This document shows, piece by piece, positions 1-9,922 of a DNA stretch of 64,000 bases. Position numbers and translations under genes: made by a program. The stretch comes from Escherichia phage vB_EcoM_KAW1E185. The notes beneath the pieces are model-generated. The model was not told the DNA's origin. It saw only the letters and a list, made by a program, of their open reading frames with translations, and searched no databases. Every line of letters starts with the position of its first letter. The stretch's first letter is position 1. The stretch is from sequence record NC_054922.1, one strand, 5' to 3'.

Positions 1-186
1 CGTACTAAAGACCGCAAGACGCGTGAACGTAATGCATTTCAAACCACCGGGCTGTCTAAAGCAAAACGTAGACAAATTGCTCGCAAAGCTACCAAAACGA
101 AGATTGCCAATCCAGCAGGTCAATCTCGTGCTCAGCGTAAGCGTAAAAAAGCTCTTAAACGCCGTAAAGCATTAGGATTAAGCTAA
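1..186 (+). CDS. C-terminal fragment of upstream head gene, probably prohead core protein gp68 (5' end outside window)
   Basis: Open frame 1 runs from window start to TAA at 184-186, overlapping the gene 21 ATG (TAATG); basic Lys/Arg-rich tail; position matches T4 gene 68. Confidence 0.45.
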
Positions 187-824
187 TGAATGAACCCCAA
201 TTACTAATTGAAACTTGGGGTCAACCTGGCGAAATTATTGATGGTGTGCCAATGCTTGAATCCCACGATGGAAAAGACTTAGGTTTAAAACCTGGTTTAT
301 ACATCGAAGGAATATTCATGCAAGCGGAAGTCGTCAATAGAAATAAACGTCTTTATCCAAAACGCATATTAGAAAAAGCGGTAAAAGACTATATCAATGA
401 GCAAGTTTTAACTAAACAAGCTCTCGGAGAATTAAATCATCCTCCACGCGCTAATGTTGACCCGATGCAAGCCGCTATCATTATAGAAGATATGTGGTGG
501 AAAGGAAATGACGTATACGGACGAGCTCGTGTTATTGAAGGTGACCATGGTCCTGGAGATAAATTAGCAGCTAATATTCGTGCCGGATGGATTCCAGGAG
601 TTTCTTCTCGTGGATTAGGTTCATTGACTGACACAAATAAAGGTTATCGTATCGTAAACGAAGGATTCAAATTAACTGTAGGTGTTGATGCAGTATGGGG
701 TCCAAGTGCTCCAGATGCATGGGTAACTCCTAAGGAAATTACCGAATCACAGACGGCGGAAGCCGATACAAGTGCCGATGACGCCTATATGGCTCTCGCA
801 GAGGCCATGAAAAAAGCGTTATAA
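186..824 (+). CDS. 21: Prohead core protease gp21
   Basis: 212-aa ORF recognised as T4 gp21 (same length); synteny 21-22-23-24. Confidence 0.92.
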   Translation: MNEPQLLIETWGQPGEIIDGVPMLESHDGKDLGLKPGLYIEGIFMQAEVVNRNKRLYPKRILEKAVKDYINEQVLTKQALGELNHPPRANVDPMQAAIIIEDMWWKGNDVYGRARVIEGDHGPGDKLAANIRAGWIPGVSSRGLGSLTDTNKGYRIVNEGFKLTVGVDAVWGPSAPDAWVTPKEITESQTAEADTSADDAYMALAEAMKKAL

Positions 825-827
825 ATA
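820..827 (+). promoter_or_regulatory. T4-type late promoter TATAAATA upstream of gene 22
   Basis: Exact TATAAATA about 28 nt upstream of the gene 22 ATG. Confidence 0.55.
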
Positions 828-854
828 TTATTATCTAAACAACAGGACTACAAA

Positions 855-1664
855 ATGCTTAAAGAACAACTGATTGCTGAAGCGCAAAAAATTGATGCTT
901 CCGTTGCTCTTGATAGTATTTTCGAATCAGTTAATATTTCTCCGGAAGCAAAAGAAACTTTCGGCACTGTATTCGAAGCTACCGTCAAGCAGCACGCCGT
1001 TAAATTAGCTGAATCTCATATCGCTAAAATTGCTGAAAAAGCAGAAGAAGAAGTAGAAAAAAATAAAGAAGAAGCCGAAGAAAAAGCTGAGAAGAAAATC
1101 GCTGAGCAAGCTTCTAAATTCATCGACCATCTTGCGAAAGAATGGCTCGCTGAAAATAAATTAGCAGTTGATAAAGGCATCAAAGCCGAACTGTTTGAAT
1201 CCATGCTTGGTGGATTAAAAGAGCTCTTTGTTGAACACAACGTTGTTGTTCCAGAAGAATCAGTTGATGTTGTAGCTGAAATGGAAGAAGAGCTGCAAGA
1301 ACATAAAGAAGAATCAGCTCGTCTGTTCGAAGAACTCAATAAGCGTGACGCATATATCAATTATGTGCAGCGTGAAGTGGCATTGAGCGAAAGTACTAAA
1401 GATCTGACTGAGTCTCAAAAAGAAAAAGTCTCTGCTCTGGTCGAAGGTATGGATTATTCAGATGAATTCTCAAGTAAATTGAGTGCCATCGTAGAAATGG
1501 TGAAGAAGTCTAATAAAGATGAAAGCACTATTACTGAGGGTATAAATACTCCTGATACTGAAGCAGCCGGACTGAATTTCGTCACTGAAGCTGTAGAAGA
1601 TAAAGCTGCACCTGGTGCAGAAGATATTGTAAGTGTATATGCGAAAGTCGCATCTCGTTTCTAA
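855..1664 (+). CDS. 22: Prohead core scaffold protein gp22
   Basis: 269-aa acidic, coiled-coil-like ORF (Glu/Lys rich); T4 gp22 length and position. Confidence 0.9.
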   Translation: MLKEQLIAEAQKIDASVALDSIFESVNISPEAKETFGTVFEATVKQHAVKLAESHIAKIAEKAEEEVEKNKEEAEEKAEKKIAEQASKFIDHLAKEWLAENKLAVDKGIKAELFESMLGGLKELFVEHNVVVPEESVDVVAEMEEELQEHKEESARLFEELNKRDAYINYVQREVALSESTKDLTESQKEKVSALVEGMDYSDEFSSKLSAIVEMVKKSNKDESTITEGINTPDTEAAGLNFVTEAVEDKAAPGAEDIVSVYAKVASRF

Positions 1665-1682
1665 TTTTAAAGGTTAACACAA

Positions 1683-3248
1683 ATGACTATCAAAACTAAA
1701 GCTGAACTTTTGAACAAATGGAAACCATTACTGGAAGGTGAAGGTTTACCGGAAATTGCTAATAGCAAACAAGCGATTATCGCTAAAATCTTTGAAAACC
1801 AGGAAAAAGATTTCCAGACAGCTCCAGAGTACAAAGACGAAAAAATCGCTCAGGCGTTCGGTTCTTTCTTAACAGAAGCTGAAATCGGTGGTGACCACGG
1901 TTACAACGCTACTAACATCGCTGCTGGTCAGACTTCTGGCGCAGTAACTCAGATTGGCCCAGCTGTTATGGGTATGGTACGTCGTGCTATTCCTAACCTG
2001 ATTGCTTTCGATATTTGCGGTGTTCAGCCGATGAACAGCCCGACTGGCCAGGTATTCGCACTGCGCGCAGTATATGGTAAAGACCCAATCGCTGCCGGTG
2101 CTAAAGAAGCATTCCACCCAATGTATGGTCCAGATGCAATGTTCTCTGGTCAGGGTGCTGCTAAGAAATTCACAGCTCTGGCTGCTAGCACACAAACCAC
2201 AGTAGGTGATATCTATACTCACTTCTTCCAGGACACTGGTACTGTGTATCTGCAGGCTTCTGCTCAAGTAACAATTAGTTCTACTGCAGATGATGCAGCT
2301 AAATTAGATGCTGAAATTAAGAAACAAATGGAAGCTGGTGCACTGGTAGAAATCGCTGAAGGTATGGCTACTTCTATCGCTGAACTTCAGGAAAGTTTCA
2401 ACGGTTCTACCGATAACCCATGGAATGAAATGGGCTTCCGTATCGATAAACAAGTTATCGAAGCTAAATCTCGTCAGCTGAAAGCTGCTTACTCTATCGA
2501 ATTAGCACAAGACCTCCGCGCTGTTCACGGTATGGATGCTGATGCTGAACTGTCTGGTATTCTGGCTACCGAAATCATGCTGGAAATCAACCGCGAAGTT
2601 GTTGATTGGATTAACTACTCAGCTCAGGTTGGTAAATCTGGTATGACCCTGACTCCGGGTTCTAAAGCTGGTGTATTTGACTTCCAGGATCCGATTGATA
2701 TTCGTGGTGCTCGCTGGGCGGGTGAATCCTTTAAAGCTCTGTTGTTCCAGATTGACAAAGAAGCAGTTGAAATTGCTCGTCAGACCGGTCGCGGTGAAGG
2801 TAACTTCATTATCGCTTCCCGTAACGTAGTTAACGTTCTGGCTTCAGTTGATACTGGCATTTCTTATGCTGCACAGGGTCTGGCTACCGGCTTTAACACT
2901 GATACTACCAAGTCAGTATTTGCTGGTGTTCTGGGTGGTAAATACCGTGTATATATCGACCAGTATGCTAAACAGGATTATTTCACTGTAGGTTATAAAG
3001 GTCCGAACGAAATGGATGCTGGTATTTACTATGCTCCATATGTAGCTCTGACTCCGCTGCGTGGTTCCGATCCGAAGAACTTCCAACCAGTAATGGGATT
3101 CAAAACTCGTTACGGTATCGGTATCAACCCATTTGCAGAATCCGCTGCTCAGGCTCCGGCTTCTCGCATCCAGAGCGGTATGCCTTCTATTCTGAATAGC
3201 CTTGGTAAAAACGCTTACTTCCGCCGTGTATATGTTAAAGGTATCTAA
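1683..3248 (+). CDS. 23: Major capsid protein gp23
   Basis: 521-aa ORF recognised as T4 gp23 precursor; strong biased codon usage typical of a highly expressed late gene. Confidence 0.97.
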   Translation: MTIKTKAELLNKWKPLLEGEGLPEIANSKQAIIAKIFENQEKDFQTAPEYKDEKIAQAFGSFLTEAEIGGDHGYNATNIAAGQTSGAVTQIGPAVMGMVRRAIPNLIAFDICGVQPMNSPTGQVFALRAVYGKDPIAAGAKEAFHPMYGPDAMFSGQGAAKKFTALAASTQTTVGDIYTHFFQDTGTVYLQASAQVTISSTADDAAKLDAEIKKQMEAGALVEIAEGMATSIAELQESFNGSTDNPWNEMGFRIDKQVIEAKSRQLKAAYSIELAQDLRAVHGMDADAELSGILATEIMLEINREVVDWINYSAQVGKSGMTLTPGSKAGVFDFQDPIDIRGARWAGESFKALLFQIDKEAVEIARQTGRGEGNFIIASRNVVNVLASVDTGISYAAQGLATGFNTDTTKSVFAGVLGGKYRVYIDQYAKQDYFTVGYKGPNEMDAGIYYAPYVALTPLRGSDPKNFQPVMGFKTRYGIGINPFAESAAQAPASRIQSGMPSILNSLGKNAYFRRVYVKGI

Positions 3249-3263
3249 TCTTTGACGATTTAA

Positions 3264-3290
3264 GGGACCTTCGGGTCCCTTTAGTTGTTT
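3264..3290 (+). terminator. Rho-independent terminator after gene 23: GGGACC-UUCG-GGUCCC hairpin plus T-run
   Basis: Perfect 6-bp GC stem with UUCG tetraloop at 3264-3279 followed by T-rich tract. Confidence 0.65.
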
Positions 3291-3296
3291 TTATGG

Positions 3297-3304
3297 TATA
3301 AATA
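3297..3304 (+). promoter_or_regulatory. T4-type late promoter TATAAATA for gene 24
   Basis: Exact TATAAATA 28 nt upstream of the gene 24 ATG. Confidence 0.6.
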
Positions 3305-3331
3305 AATCATATAAACCAAAAGGAAAGCGCA

Positions 3332-4615
3332 ATGGCTAAAATCAACGAACTTCTGCGCGAATCAACCACAACGAATAGCAACTCAATCGGTCGCCCAAAT
3401 CTCGTTGCTTTGACTCGCGCTACCACTAAATTAATATATTCTGACATTGTAGCAACGCAAAGAACTAATCAACCTGTTGCTGCTTTTTATGGTATCAAAT
3501 ACCTTAATCCAGATAACGAATTTACATTTAAAACTGGTGCTACTTACGCTGGCGAAGCTGGATACGTAGACCGAGAACAAATCACAGAATTAACAGAAGA
3601 GTCTAAATTAACTCTCAATAAAGGCGATTTATTCAAATATAATAATATCGTTTATAAAGTATTAGAAGATACACCATTTGCTGATATTGAAGAAAGCGAT
3701 TTAGAATTAGCTCTTCAGATTGCAATTGTTCTTTTAAAGGTTCGTTTATTTTCTGATGCTGCAGTAACAAGCAAATTTGAAAGCTCTGATAGTGAAATTG
3801 CGGATGCTAGATTCCAGATTAATAAATGGCAAACCGCAGTTAAATCTCGTAAACTTAAAACTGGCATTACGGTTGAATTAGCACAAGATTTAGAAGCAAA
3901 TGGATTCGATGCTCCTAATTTCTTGGAAGATTTGCTTGCAACTGAAATGGCAGATGAAATCAATAAAGATATTCTGCAATCTTTGATTACAGTATCAAAA
4001 CGCTATAAAGTTACAGGAATTACTGATACTGGATTCATTGATTTGAGTTATGCATCTGCACCTGAAGCTGGTCGTTCATTATACCGAATGGTATGTGAAA
4101 TGGTTTCGCATATCCAAAAAGAATCAACTTATACTGCAACGTTCTGTGTTGCTTCAGCTCGTGCCGCTGCGATTCTTGCTGCATCAGGTTGGTTAAAACA
4201 TAAACCAGAAGATGACAAATATCTTTCACAAAATGCCTATGGGTTCTTAGCTAATGGTTTACCGCTTTATTGCGATACTAACAGCCCATTAGATTATGTA
4301 ATCGTTGGCGTAGTAGAAAATATTGGCGAAAAAGAAATTGTTGGATCAATTTTCTATGCTCCGTATACAGAAGGTCTTGACTTAGATGACCCTGAACATG
4401 TAGGTGCATTTAAAGTTGTAGTTGATCCAGAAAGTTTGCAGCCATCTATCGGTTTATTGGTTAGATATGCTTTATCTGCAAATCCTTACACTGTAGCAAA
4501 AGATGAAAAAGAAGCAAGAATAATTGATGGTGGAGACATGGATAAAATGGCGGGTCGTTCAGATTTGTCTGTTTTATTAGGTGTTAAATTACCAAAAATT
4601 ATCGTTGATGAATAA
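3332..4615 (+). CDS. 24: Capsid vertex protein gp24
   Basis: 427-aa ORF, gp23 paralogue at the T4 position and length. Confidence 0.93.
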   Translation: MAKINELLRESTTTNSNSIGRPNLVALTRATTKLIYSDIVATQRTNQPVAAFYGIKYLNPDNEFTFKTGATYAGEAGYVDREQITELTEESKLTLNKGDLFKYNNIVYKVLEDTPFADIEESDLELALQIAIVLLKVRLFSDAAVTSKFESSDSEIADARFQINKWQTAVKSRKLKTGITVELAQDLEANGFDAPNFLEDLLATEMADEINKDILQSLITVSKRYKVTGITDTGFIDLSYASAPEAGRSLYRMVCEMVSHIQKESTYTATFCVASARAAAILAASGWLKHKPEDDKYLSQNAYGFLANGLPLYCDTNSPLDYVIVGVVENIGEKEIVGSIFYAPYTEGLDLDDPEHVGAFKVVVDPESLQPSIGLLVRYALSANPYTVAKDEKEARIIDGGDMDKMAGRSDLSVLLGVKLPKIIVDE

Positions 4616-4620
4616 AACAA

Positions 4621-4642
4621 AGGGACCGAAAGGTCCCTTTTT
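4621..4642. terminator. Bidirectional terminator hairpin between convergent genes 24 and rnlB
   Basis: GGGACC-GAAA-GGTCCC stem-loop flanked by T-run on plus strand; reverse complement also forms a hairpin. Confidence 0.6.
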
Positions 4643-4644
4643 AT

Positions 4645-5649
4645 TTAACTTACCAGTTCAATCCAAGCCGGACGAAGTACATCTTGTACCATTTTAACTA
4701 ATTCCTTTTTAATCAAAGAAGGATTATCCGCTTGAGTTAAAGTAATACCTTCACGAGAAGTTTCTTCCAAAATATCTTGAACAGTTAGTCCCATCACCTT
4801 TCCAAAATCCTTTGGACCAATTTCGCCAATTTTAGAAATAACGTTATTTACTCGGTTCAGTGTAACGTAACAAGCTAAAATTCCAACCAATTTGTTATCA
4901 GCTTCTGACAGTTCAACTTTAGCTTTAATAGGCTTATCAGACTTTTTCTTTTCACTAAATTTAGAGTTCTTGCATTTGATGGCTACGCGATTGCCATTAG
5001 GCATCCAAGAAGGATAACAAGGTTTCAATACATATCCTTCAGCAGTAAATACTTCGCCTTTTGCTTCAGCATTCCAAACGCATTTATTTGCATCGACTAA
5101 TCCAGCATGGTCTACTGTAAAATTATAATCTTGGACGACAGAATCTAAATCATTTGGCAATTTAATAAGCTCTTCAAATTTACCGCGACCTAAAAGTGGA
5201 GCCATTTTAAATTTAAATGTATTGCAGAATGATTCCATCATATAATCGTCGACATAAGTCACATCGCCACTTTCTGTAGTGACAATAATGTCAAATACAT
5301 AAAAATCTTTATCACCATAATCGACATTCTTCTGAATGCCAGGTCCAGCGAATTCGCCAAAGACTTGATAAGATACAACCGCTGAGGTTTCCATAATATC
5401 TTGTACTGCTTTAATGGAATCAGCGTAATTCTTTAGAATAATTTCATACCCAAAGAAATCTTCAGCAGGAAGAATCGGTCCAGTACGTTTAGCGCAAGTT
5501 ACTTTATCACGCTCAATAATCAATGAGAAATTTGTGCCGTGAATCTTTTCACGAGCTACCCATTCGCCGCCAGTCAATCCCAAGCTATAAAGTTTTTCAA
5601 TAAATTTAGAGTTGTAATGATTTTCAAGACTGCTATACTTTTTAAACAT
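4645..5649 (-). CDS. rnlB: RNA ligase 2 (Rnl2)
   Basis: 334-aa ORF with KIHG nucleotidyltransferase motif; recognised as T4 Rnl2. Confidence 0.93.
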   Translation of the reverse strand: MFKKYSSLENHYNSKFIEKLYSLGLTGGEWVAREKIHGTNFSLIIERDKVTCAKRTGPILPAEDFFGYEIILKNYADSIKAVQDIMETSAVVSYQVFGEFAGPGIQKNVDYGDKDFYVFDIIVTTESGDVTYVDDYMMESFCNTFKFKMAPLLGRGKFEELIKLPNDLDSVVQDYNFTVDHAGLVDANKCVWNAEAKGEVFTAEGYVLKPCYPSWMPNGNRVAIKCKNSKFSEKKKSDKPIKAKVELSEADNKLVGILACYVTLNRVNNVISKIGEIGPKDFGKVMGLTVQDILEETSREGITLTQADNPSLIKKELVKMVQDVLRPAWIELVS

Positions 5650-5658
5650 AATTAATCC

Positions 5659-5937
5659 TCAAAATGTAATTTCTAACCAATCACCATCACGCTGATCACT
5701 ATTAACTTTAAAGCTGAATCCTTCTTTTCTCAGCCAATCACCAATTTCTTCAGTAATCAATTTATCACGAGCAATACAATAATAATTAAAATGTGTTTTA
5801 CCCTGTTCAGCTGCTTTATTAGCAAGTTCCGAAAAATCTTTAATAAAACACTCTAGCTTAAACTGTTTACTTTTGAATGCTTTTTCGCGTAATTGATTAG
5901 CAAAAGATTCATTTTCATAAAGATCATACTGTTCCAT
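5659..5937 (-). CDS. Hypothetical protein, T4 24.2-like
   Basis: 92-aa ORF in conserved position between rnlB and hoc. Confidence 0.55.
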   Translation of the reverse strand: MEQYDLYENESFANQLREKAFKSKQFKLECFIKDFSELANKAAEQGKTHFNYYCIARDKLITEEIGDWLRKEGFSFKVNSDQRDGDWLEITF

Positions 5938-6139
5938 TTTTCACCTTTTTATTGATATGTCTTTTTCTATAGACAACTTTTTCTCGAGTTTCAAATTTAT
6001 TCTTAGCAGTCATAGCTCGAGCCCATAATACAGCCACTTCTTTTGCCTGTAAGTTTAATTCACGAGCAATTTCAATGAATGACTTTCCAGACTCATGAAG
6101 AGTAAACACCACAACCTCAGTTCTCATAATCAATCTCAT
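5924..6139 (-). CDS. Hypothetical protein, T4 24.3-like
   Basis: 71-aa ORF overlapping the downstream ORF start; conserved position. Confidence 0.5.
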   Translation of the reverse strand: MRLIMRTEVVVFTLHESGKSFIEIARELNLQAKEVAVLWARAMTAKNKFETREKVVYRKRHINKKVKNGTV

Positions 6140-6206
6140 GTTATCGAGTTGGTGCCATTATATACATCATTTTCTGATTGTGTTTTGTGTGCTTTCAAAA
6201 TGAAGA

Positions 6207-6224
6207 AAGGGGCCGAAGCCCCTT
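6207..6224 (-). terminator. C(UUCG)G hairpin downstream of hoc on minus strand
   Basis: Minus-strand AGGGGC-UUCG-GCCCCU stem-loop followed by T-rich tract. Confidence 0.5.
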
Positions 6225-6228
6225 ATGA

Positions 6229-7359
6229 TTATGGATAGGTATAGATGATACCAGTTTCTAAAGCAGTTTTATGAATGATGTATCCATTACGCGATTCTTG
6301 GACATCAACTTCTGGATAGTCTTTCATCATCTTCTGAAGAGTGTAACGATGCAGGTAGTATTTACTATCTGGATCTTCAGTTTTCCAATCTTTACCTTCT
6401 TCAGTCATTTTTTGGATTTCATCCATAACCCACCAACCGCACCAGATGTAAGCTGAGCTACGGTGTGGAAGAGGATGAACATAAGGTAATTCACCTTCTG
6501 GTTCTGGAGCAACTTTATCAGTTACCTGAACTTGACCTTCCGCCGTAATAGTTTTGCTATCATAATCAGCAGCAGTAACAGTTGCAGTAACTTCAATAGT
6601 TTGACTTCCAATAGATGAGGTATCAACTGTATATACATTAGTTGATCCTTCTACAGGAGAAGAATCTTTCTTCCATGAATACGCAATTTGCGCTTCTTCT
6701 GGAGCATCAGTGACATTAGCAGTAAATGTAGCCGAAGCATCTTGTTGAACGTTAATAGAAGGAGGAGTCAATGTAACCTGTGGATTCATTGTCTTCTTAT
6801 TAACTGTTAATGATACTTCATTCGAAGTAACTTCCTTTTCATTGTAATTTTCAGCAGTTACTTGAGCTACGCATTTAATTCTTTTTACTCCACTTGTAGT
6901 TGGAGTATAGTTAAATGTAGAGTTAGTTTCTCCACCAACTTGTGAATCATCTACATACCACTGATACGTAGCAGATGCTCCATCAGGTTGAGAAGCTAAG
7001 GCAGCGGTAAATTCAACAGCTGTTCCAATCACTCCAGCAGCAGGACTATCAGGAGTTACTGCCAAGGTAGTTGTCTGTGTCTTATTTTGAACTGTGATAG
7101 TTGTTGTCGCTTCAGCCGTTTCCGGGCCTCCTTCAGAAAGTGTATTTGTTGCAACTACTTTAATAGTCTTTTGACCGGCAGGTCCTTTTAGTACATAACT
7201 AAAAGTTGCTTCAGCTCCATCTTGTGGAGCATCATCTACAGTCCAAGCATAGGTAATAGTTCCGCCTCCAGTTTCACCACTGGGTGTAGCAGTAAACTGC
7301 TGAGTCTGATCTATAACTCCAGTAGGTGTTTTAGGAGTTATATCAACTGTAAAAGCCAT
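6229..7359 (-). CDS. hoc: Highly immunogenic outer capsid protein Hoc (Ig-like domains)
   Basis: 376-aa Thr/Val-rich ORF with repeated Ig-like segments; T4 Hoc length and position. Confidence 0.85.
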   Translation of the reverse strand: MAFTVDITPKTPTGVIDQTQQFTATPSGETGGGTITYAWTVDDAPQDGAEATFSYVLKGPAGQKTIKVVATNTLSEGGPETAEATTTITVQNKTQTTTLAVTPDSPAAGVIGTAVEFTAALASQPDGASATYQWYVDDSQVGGETNSTFNYTPTTSGVKRIKCVAQVTAENYNEKEVTSNEVSLTVNKKTMNPQVTLTPPSINVQQDASATFTANVTDAPEEAQIAYSWKKDSSPVEGSTNVYTVDTSSIGSQTIEVTATVTAADYDSKTITAEGQVQVTDKVAPEPEGELPYVHPLPHRSSAYIWCGWWVMDEIQKMTEEGKDWKTEDPDSKYYLHRYTLQKMMKDYPEVDVQESRNGYIIHKTALETGIIYTYP

Positions 7360-7368
7360 AAGTTATCC

Positions 7369-8049
7369 TTATTTTAATGTTACGAAAGAAGAATTGCGTG
7401 TTTCACGAATTAGAACTGATCCGTCGCGATTAATGTAATAAATTAAGCTAAATAAAGTTTGGTGTGCCGACGCATGTTCAAAACTAGTTGGGTGAGATTT
7501 CCAATCCGGAGTTTCAGCAATCCACTGATAAATCCACCAAGGAACAGTACAGAATCCTGGATTTTTTCCAATCAGCTGAAGATTCGGACTAAAGTTTTCC
7601 GGAAGAGTAAATACAGACGGCTTTTCAGATTCAATAATCTCAGCTACAGCTTGCTCGAATTTTTCTTCAACAAAAGGAGTATCTTCAATCAAAACATCGG
7701 TATTTTCGGGAATTTTATCCGTTTCGACTACTTCAATTTTAATGTCAGATTTAACCGGAGAATCAATCAGAAGTGCTGCCTCTGGATTGACTTCTTCATC
7801 GTCATATTTTAATCCGTCTGCGGCATCAGCAGCATCAATTAAGTCTTTAATAGATAACCCATCAGTCTCTGGCATAGGTTCACTAGCGAGCTTCTGGAGG
7901 GCTTCTTCAATATCATTAACGATATTATCAAAAGATTTATTCTTTTTGACCTTTATACCAAACTGTTCAGCATATTCAGCTAATTTAGCTTTAGCTTCTT
8001 TATTATCATCAAGAGCCTTCAGCTCTGCAATATAATCTTTATCTATCAT
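7369..8049 (-). CDS. inh: Inhibitor of prohead protease gp21 (Inh)
   Basis: 226-aa ORF downstream of hoc; T4 position. Confidence 0.7.
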   Translation of the reverse strand: MIDKDYIAELKALDDNKEAKAKLAEYAEQFGIKVKKNKSFDNIVNDIEEALQKLASEPMPETDGLSIKDLIDAADAADGLKYDDEEVNPEAALLIDSPVKSDIKIEVVETDKIPENTDVLIEDTPFVEEKFEQAVAEIIESEKPSVFTLPENFSPNLQLIGKNPGFCTVPWWIYQWIAETPDWKSHPTSFEHASAHQTLFSLIYYINRDGSVLIRETRNSSFVTLK

Positions 8050-8062
8050 AATATTTCCTCAG

Positions 8063-8070
8063 TATAAATA
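8063..8070 (+). promoter_or_regulatory. T4-type late promoter TATAAATA upstream of uvsW
   Basis: Exact TATAAATA 30 nt upstream of the uvsW ATG; uvsW is late-transcribed in T4. Confidence 0.55.
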
Positions 8071-8099
8071 TAGATATATTTATTACATGGTATTTAGAC

Positions 8100-9611
8100 A
8101 TGACTGACATTAAAGTACATTTTTATGATTTTAGTCACGTGAGAATTGATTGTGAAGAAAGTACATTTCATGAACTCCGTGATTTCTTTAGCTTTGAAGC
8201 TGATGGGTATCGTTTTAATCCGAAGTACAAATATGGCCACTGGGATGGACGAATCCGTCTTTTAGATTATAATCGTCTTCTTCCATTCGGCTTAGTCGGG
8301 CAAATTAAAAAGTTCTGTGATAACTTTGGCTATAAAGCCTGGATTGACCCACAAATTAACGAAAAAGAAGAATTATCAAGAAAAGATTTTGATGAATGGC
8401 TTTCTAAATTAGAAATCTATTCAGGAAATAAAAGAATTGAACCACACTGGTATCAAAAAGATGCAGTGTTCGAAGGATTAGTTAATCGTCGTAGAATTCT
8501 TAATCTTCCAACATCTGCAGGTAAATCTTTAATTCAAGCTTTGCTTGCGCGATATTATTTGGAAAATTATGAAGGTAAAATTCTTATCATTGTTCCAACA
8601 ACTGCTCTGACAACTCAGATGGCTGATGACTTCGTCGACTATCGTTTATTCAGTCATGCAATGATAAAGAAAATTGGCGGCGGAGCATCAAAAGATGATA
8701 AATATAAAAATGATGCACCAGTCGTTGTTGGTACATGGCAAACTGTAGTTAAACAACCGAAAGAATGGTTCTCACAGTTTGGAATGATGATGAATGATGA
8801 ATGTCATCTTGCTACAGGAAAAAGTATTTCATCTATCATATCAGGTTTAAATAACTGCATGTTCAAATTCGGTTTGTCTGGTTCATTACGTGATGGCAAA
8901 GCCAATATCATGCAGTATGTTGGAATGTTTGGTGAAATATTTAAGCCAGTAACGACTTCTAAATTAATGGAAGATGGACAAGTAACTGAGCTAAAAATTA
9001 ATAGTATTTTTCTTCGCTATCCCGATGAGTTCACTACTAAATTAAAGGGAAAAACTTATCAAGAAGAAATAAAAATTATTACTGGGCTTAGTAAAAGAAA
9101 TAAATGGATTGCTAAATTAGCTATTAAGCTTGCGCAAAAAGATGAAAACACTTTTGTCATGTTTAAACATGTATCACATGGTAAAGCTATTTTCGATTTA
9201 ATTAAAAATGAATACGATAAAGTTTATTACGTATCAGGGGAAGTTGATACCGAAACACGCAACGTAATGAAAACCTTAGCTGAAAACGGTAAAGGAATAA
9301 TTATAGTAGCTAGTTATGGTGTATTTTCTACTGGTATTTCAGTTAAAAATCTGCATCACGTTGTTTTAGCGCACGGTGTTAAATCAAAAATCATTGTATT
9401 ACAAACAATAGGTCGCGTATTACGTAAGCATGGTTCTAAAACAATCGCAACGGTCTGGGACCTCATTGATGATTGTGGTGTTAAGCCAAAATCTGCTAAT
9501 ACGAAAAAGAAATACGTTCATTTGAACTATCTTTTAAAACATGGCATTGATCGTATTCAGCGCTACGCAGATGAAAAATTTAATTACGTAATGAAAACAG
9601 TTAATTTATAA
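8100..9611 (+). CDS. uvsW: UvsW RNA-DNA / DNA-DNA helicase
   Basis: 503-aa ORF with Walker A-like PTSAGKS and DECH helicase motifs; recognised as T4 UvsW. Confidence 0.92.
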   Translation: MTDIKVHFYDFSHVRIDCEESTFHELRDFFSFEADGYRFNPKYKYGHWDGRIRLLDYNRLLPFGLVGQIKKFCDNFGYKAWIDPQINEKEELSRKDFDEWLSKLEIYSGNKRIEPHWYQKDAVFEGLVNRRRILNLPTSAGKSLIQALLARYYLENYEGKILIIVPTTALTTQMADDFVDYRLFSHAMIKKIGGGASKDDKYKNDAPVVVGTWQTVVKQPKEWFSQFGMMMNDECHLATGKSISSIISGLNNCMFKFGLSGSLRDGKANIMQYVGMFGEIFKPVTTSKLMEDGQVTELKINSIFLRYPDEFTTKLKGKTYQEEIKIITGLSKRNKWIAKLAIKLAQKDENTFVMFKHVSHGKAIFDLIKNEYDKVYYVSGEVDTETRNVMKTLAENGKGIIIVASYGVFSTGISVKNLHHVVLAHGVKSKIIVLQTIGRVLRKHGSKTIATVWDLIDDCGVKPKSANTKKKYVHLNYLLKHGIDRIQRYADEKFNYVMKTVNL

Positions 9612-9624
9612 GGGCTTCGGCCCT
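9611..9624 (+). promoter_or_regulatory. Intercistronic C(UUCG)G stem-loop between uvsW and uvsW.1
   Basis: AGGGC-UUCG-GCCCU hairpin starting at the last base of the uvsW stop codon. Confidence 0.45.
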
Positions 9625-9867
9625 TTGGAGAAAAAGATGTTACTAGAATTTAAACAATTTCTTTATGAAGCTTCTATTGATGAATTTATGGGTAAAATTG
9701 CCTCTTGTCAAACATTAGAAGGTCTAGAAGAACTTGAAGCTTATTATAAGAAAAGAGTTAAAGAAACTGAATTAAAAGATACTGATGACATCTCTGTGAG
9801 AGATGCTTTGGCAGGAAAAAGAGCTGAATTAGAAGATTCAGACGATGAAGTAGAAGAAAGCTTTTAA
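9625..9867 (+). CDS. UvsW.1 small acidic protein
   Basis: 80-aa ORF immediately after uvsW; T4 uvsW.1 position. Confidence 0.65.
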   Translation: MEKKMLLEFKQFLYEASIDEFMGKIASCQTLEGLEELEAYYKKRVKETELKDTDDISVRDALAGKRAELEDSDDEVEESF

Positions 9868-9922
9868 ATTAAAAAAGGCCCAACCAAAAAGGAAGGGCCA
9901 AAACTATAGACTAAAGGTCACA

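Noticed and set aside
1016-1360. Antisense ORFs inside large structural genes (for example 1016-1360, 1869-2267, 7459-8035, 42193-42672, 46865-47098)
   Set aside because: They are fully embedded opposite well-supported genes, have low-complexity or Ser/Cys-rich composition and lack translation signals; typical shadow ORFs.
9868-9922. Possible terminator hairpin GGCCC...GGGCC between uvsW.1 and the uvsY.-2-like ORF
   Set aside because: The stem is only 5 bp with a 13-nt loop and there is no clear U-run on either strand; too weak to call.
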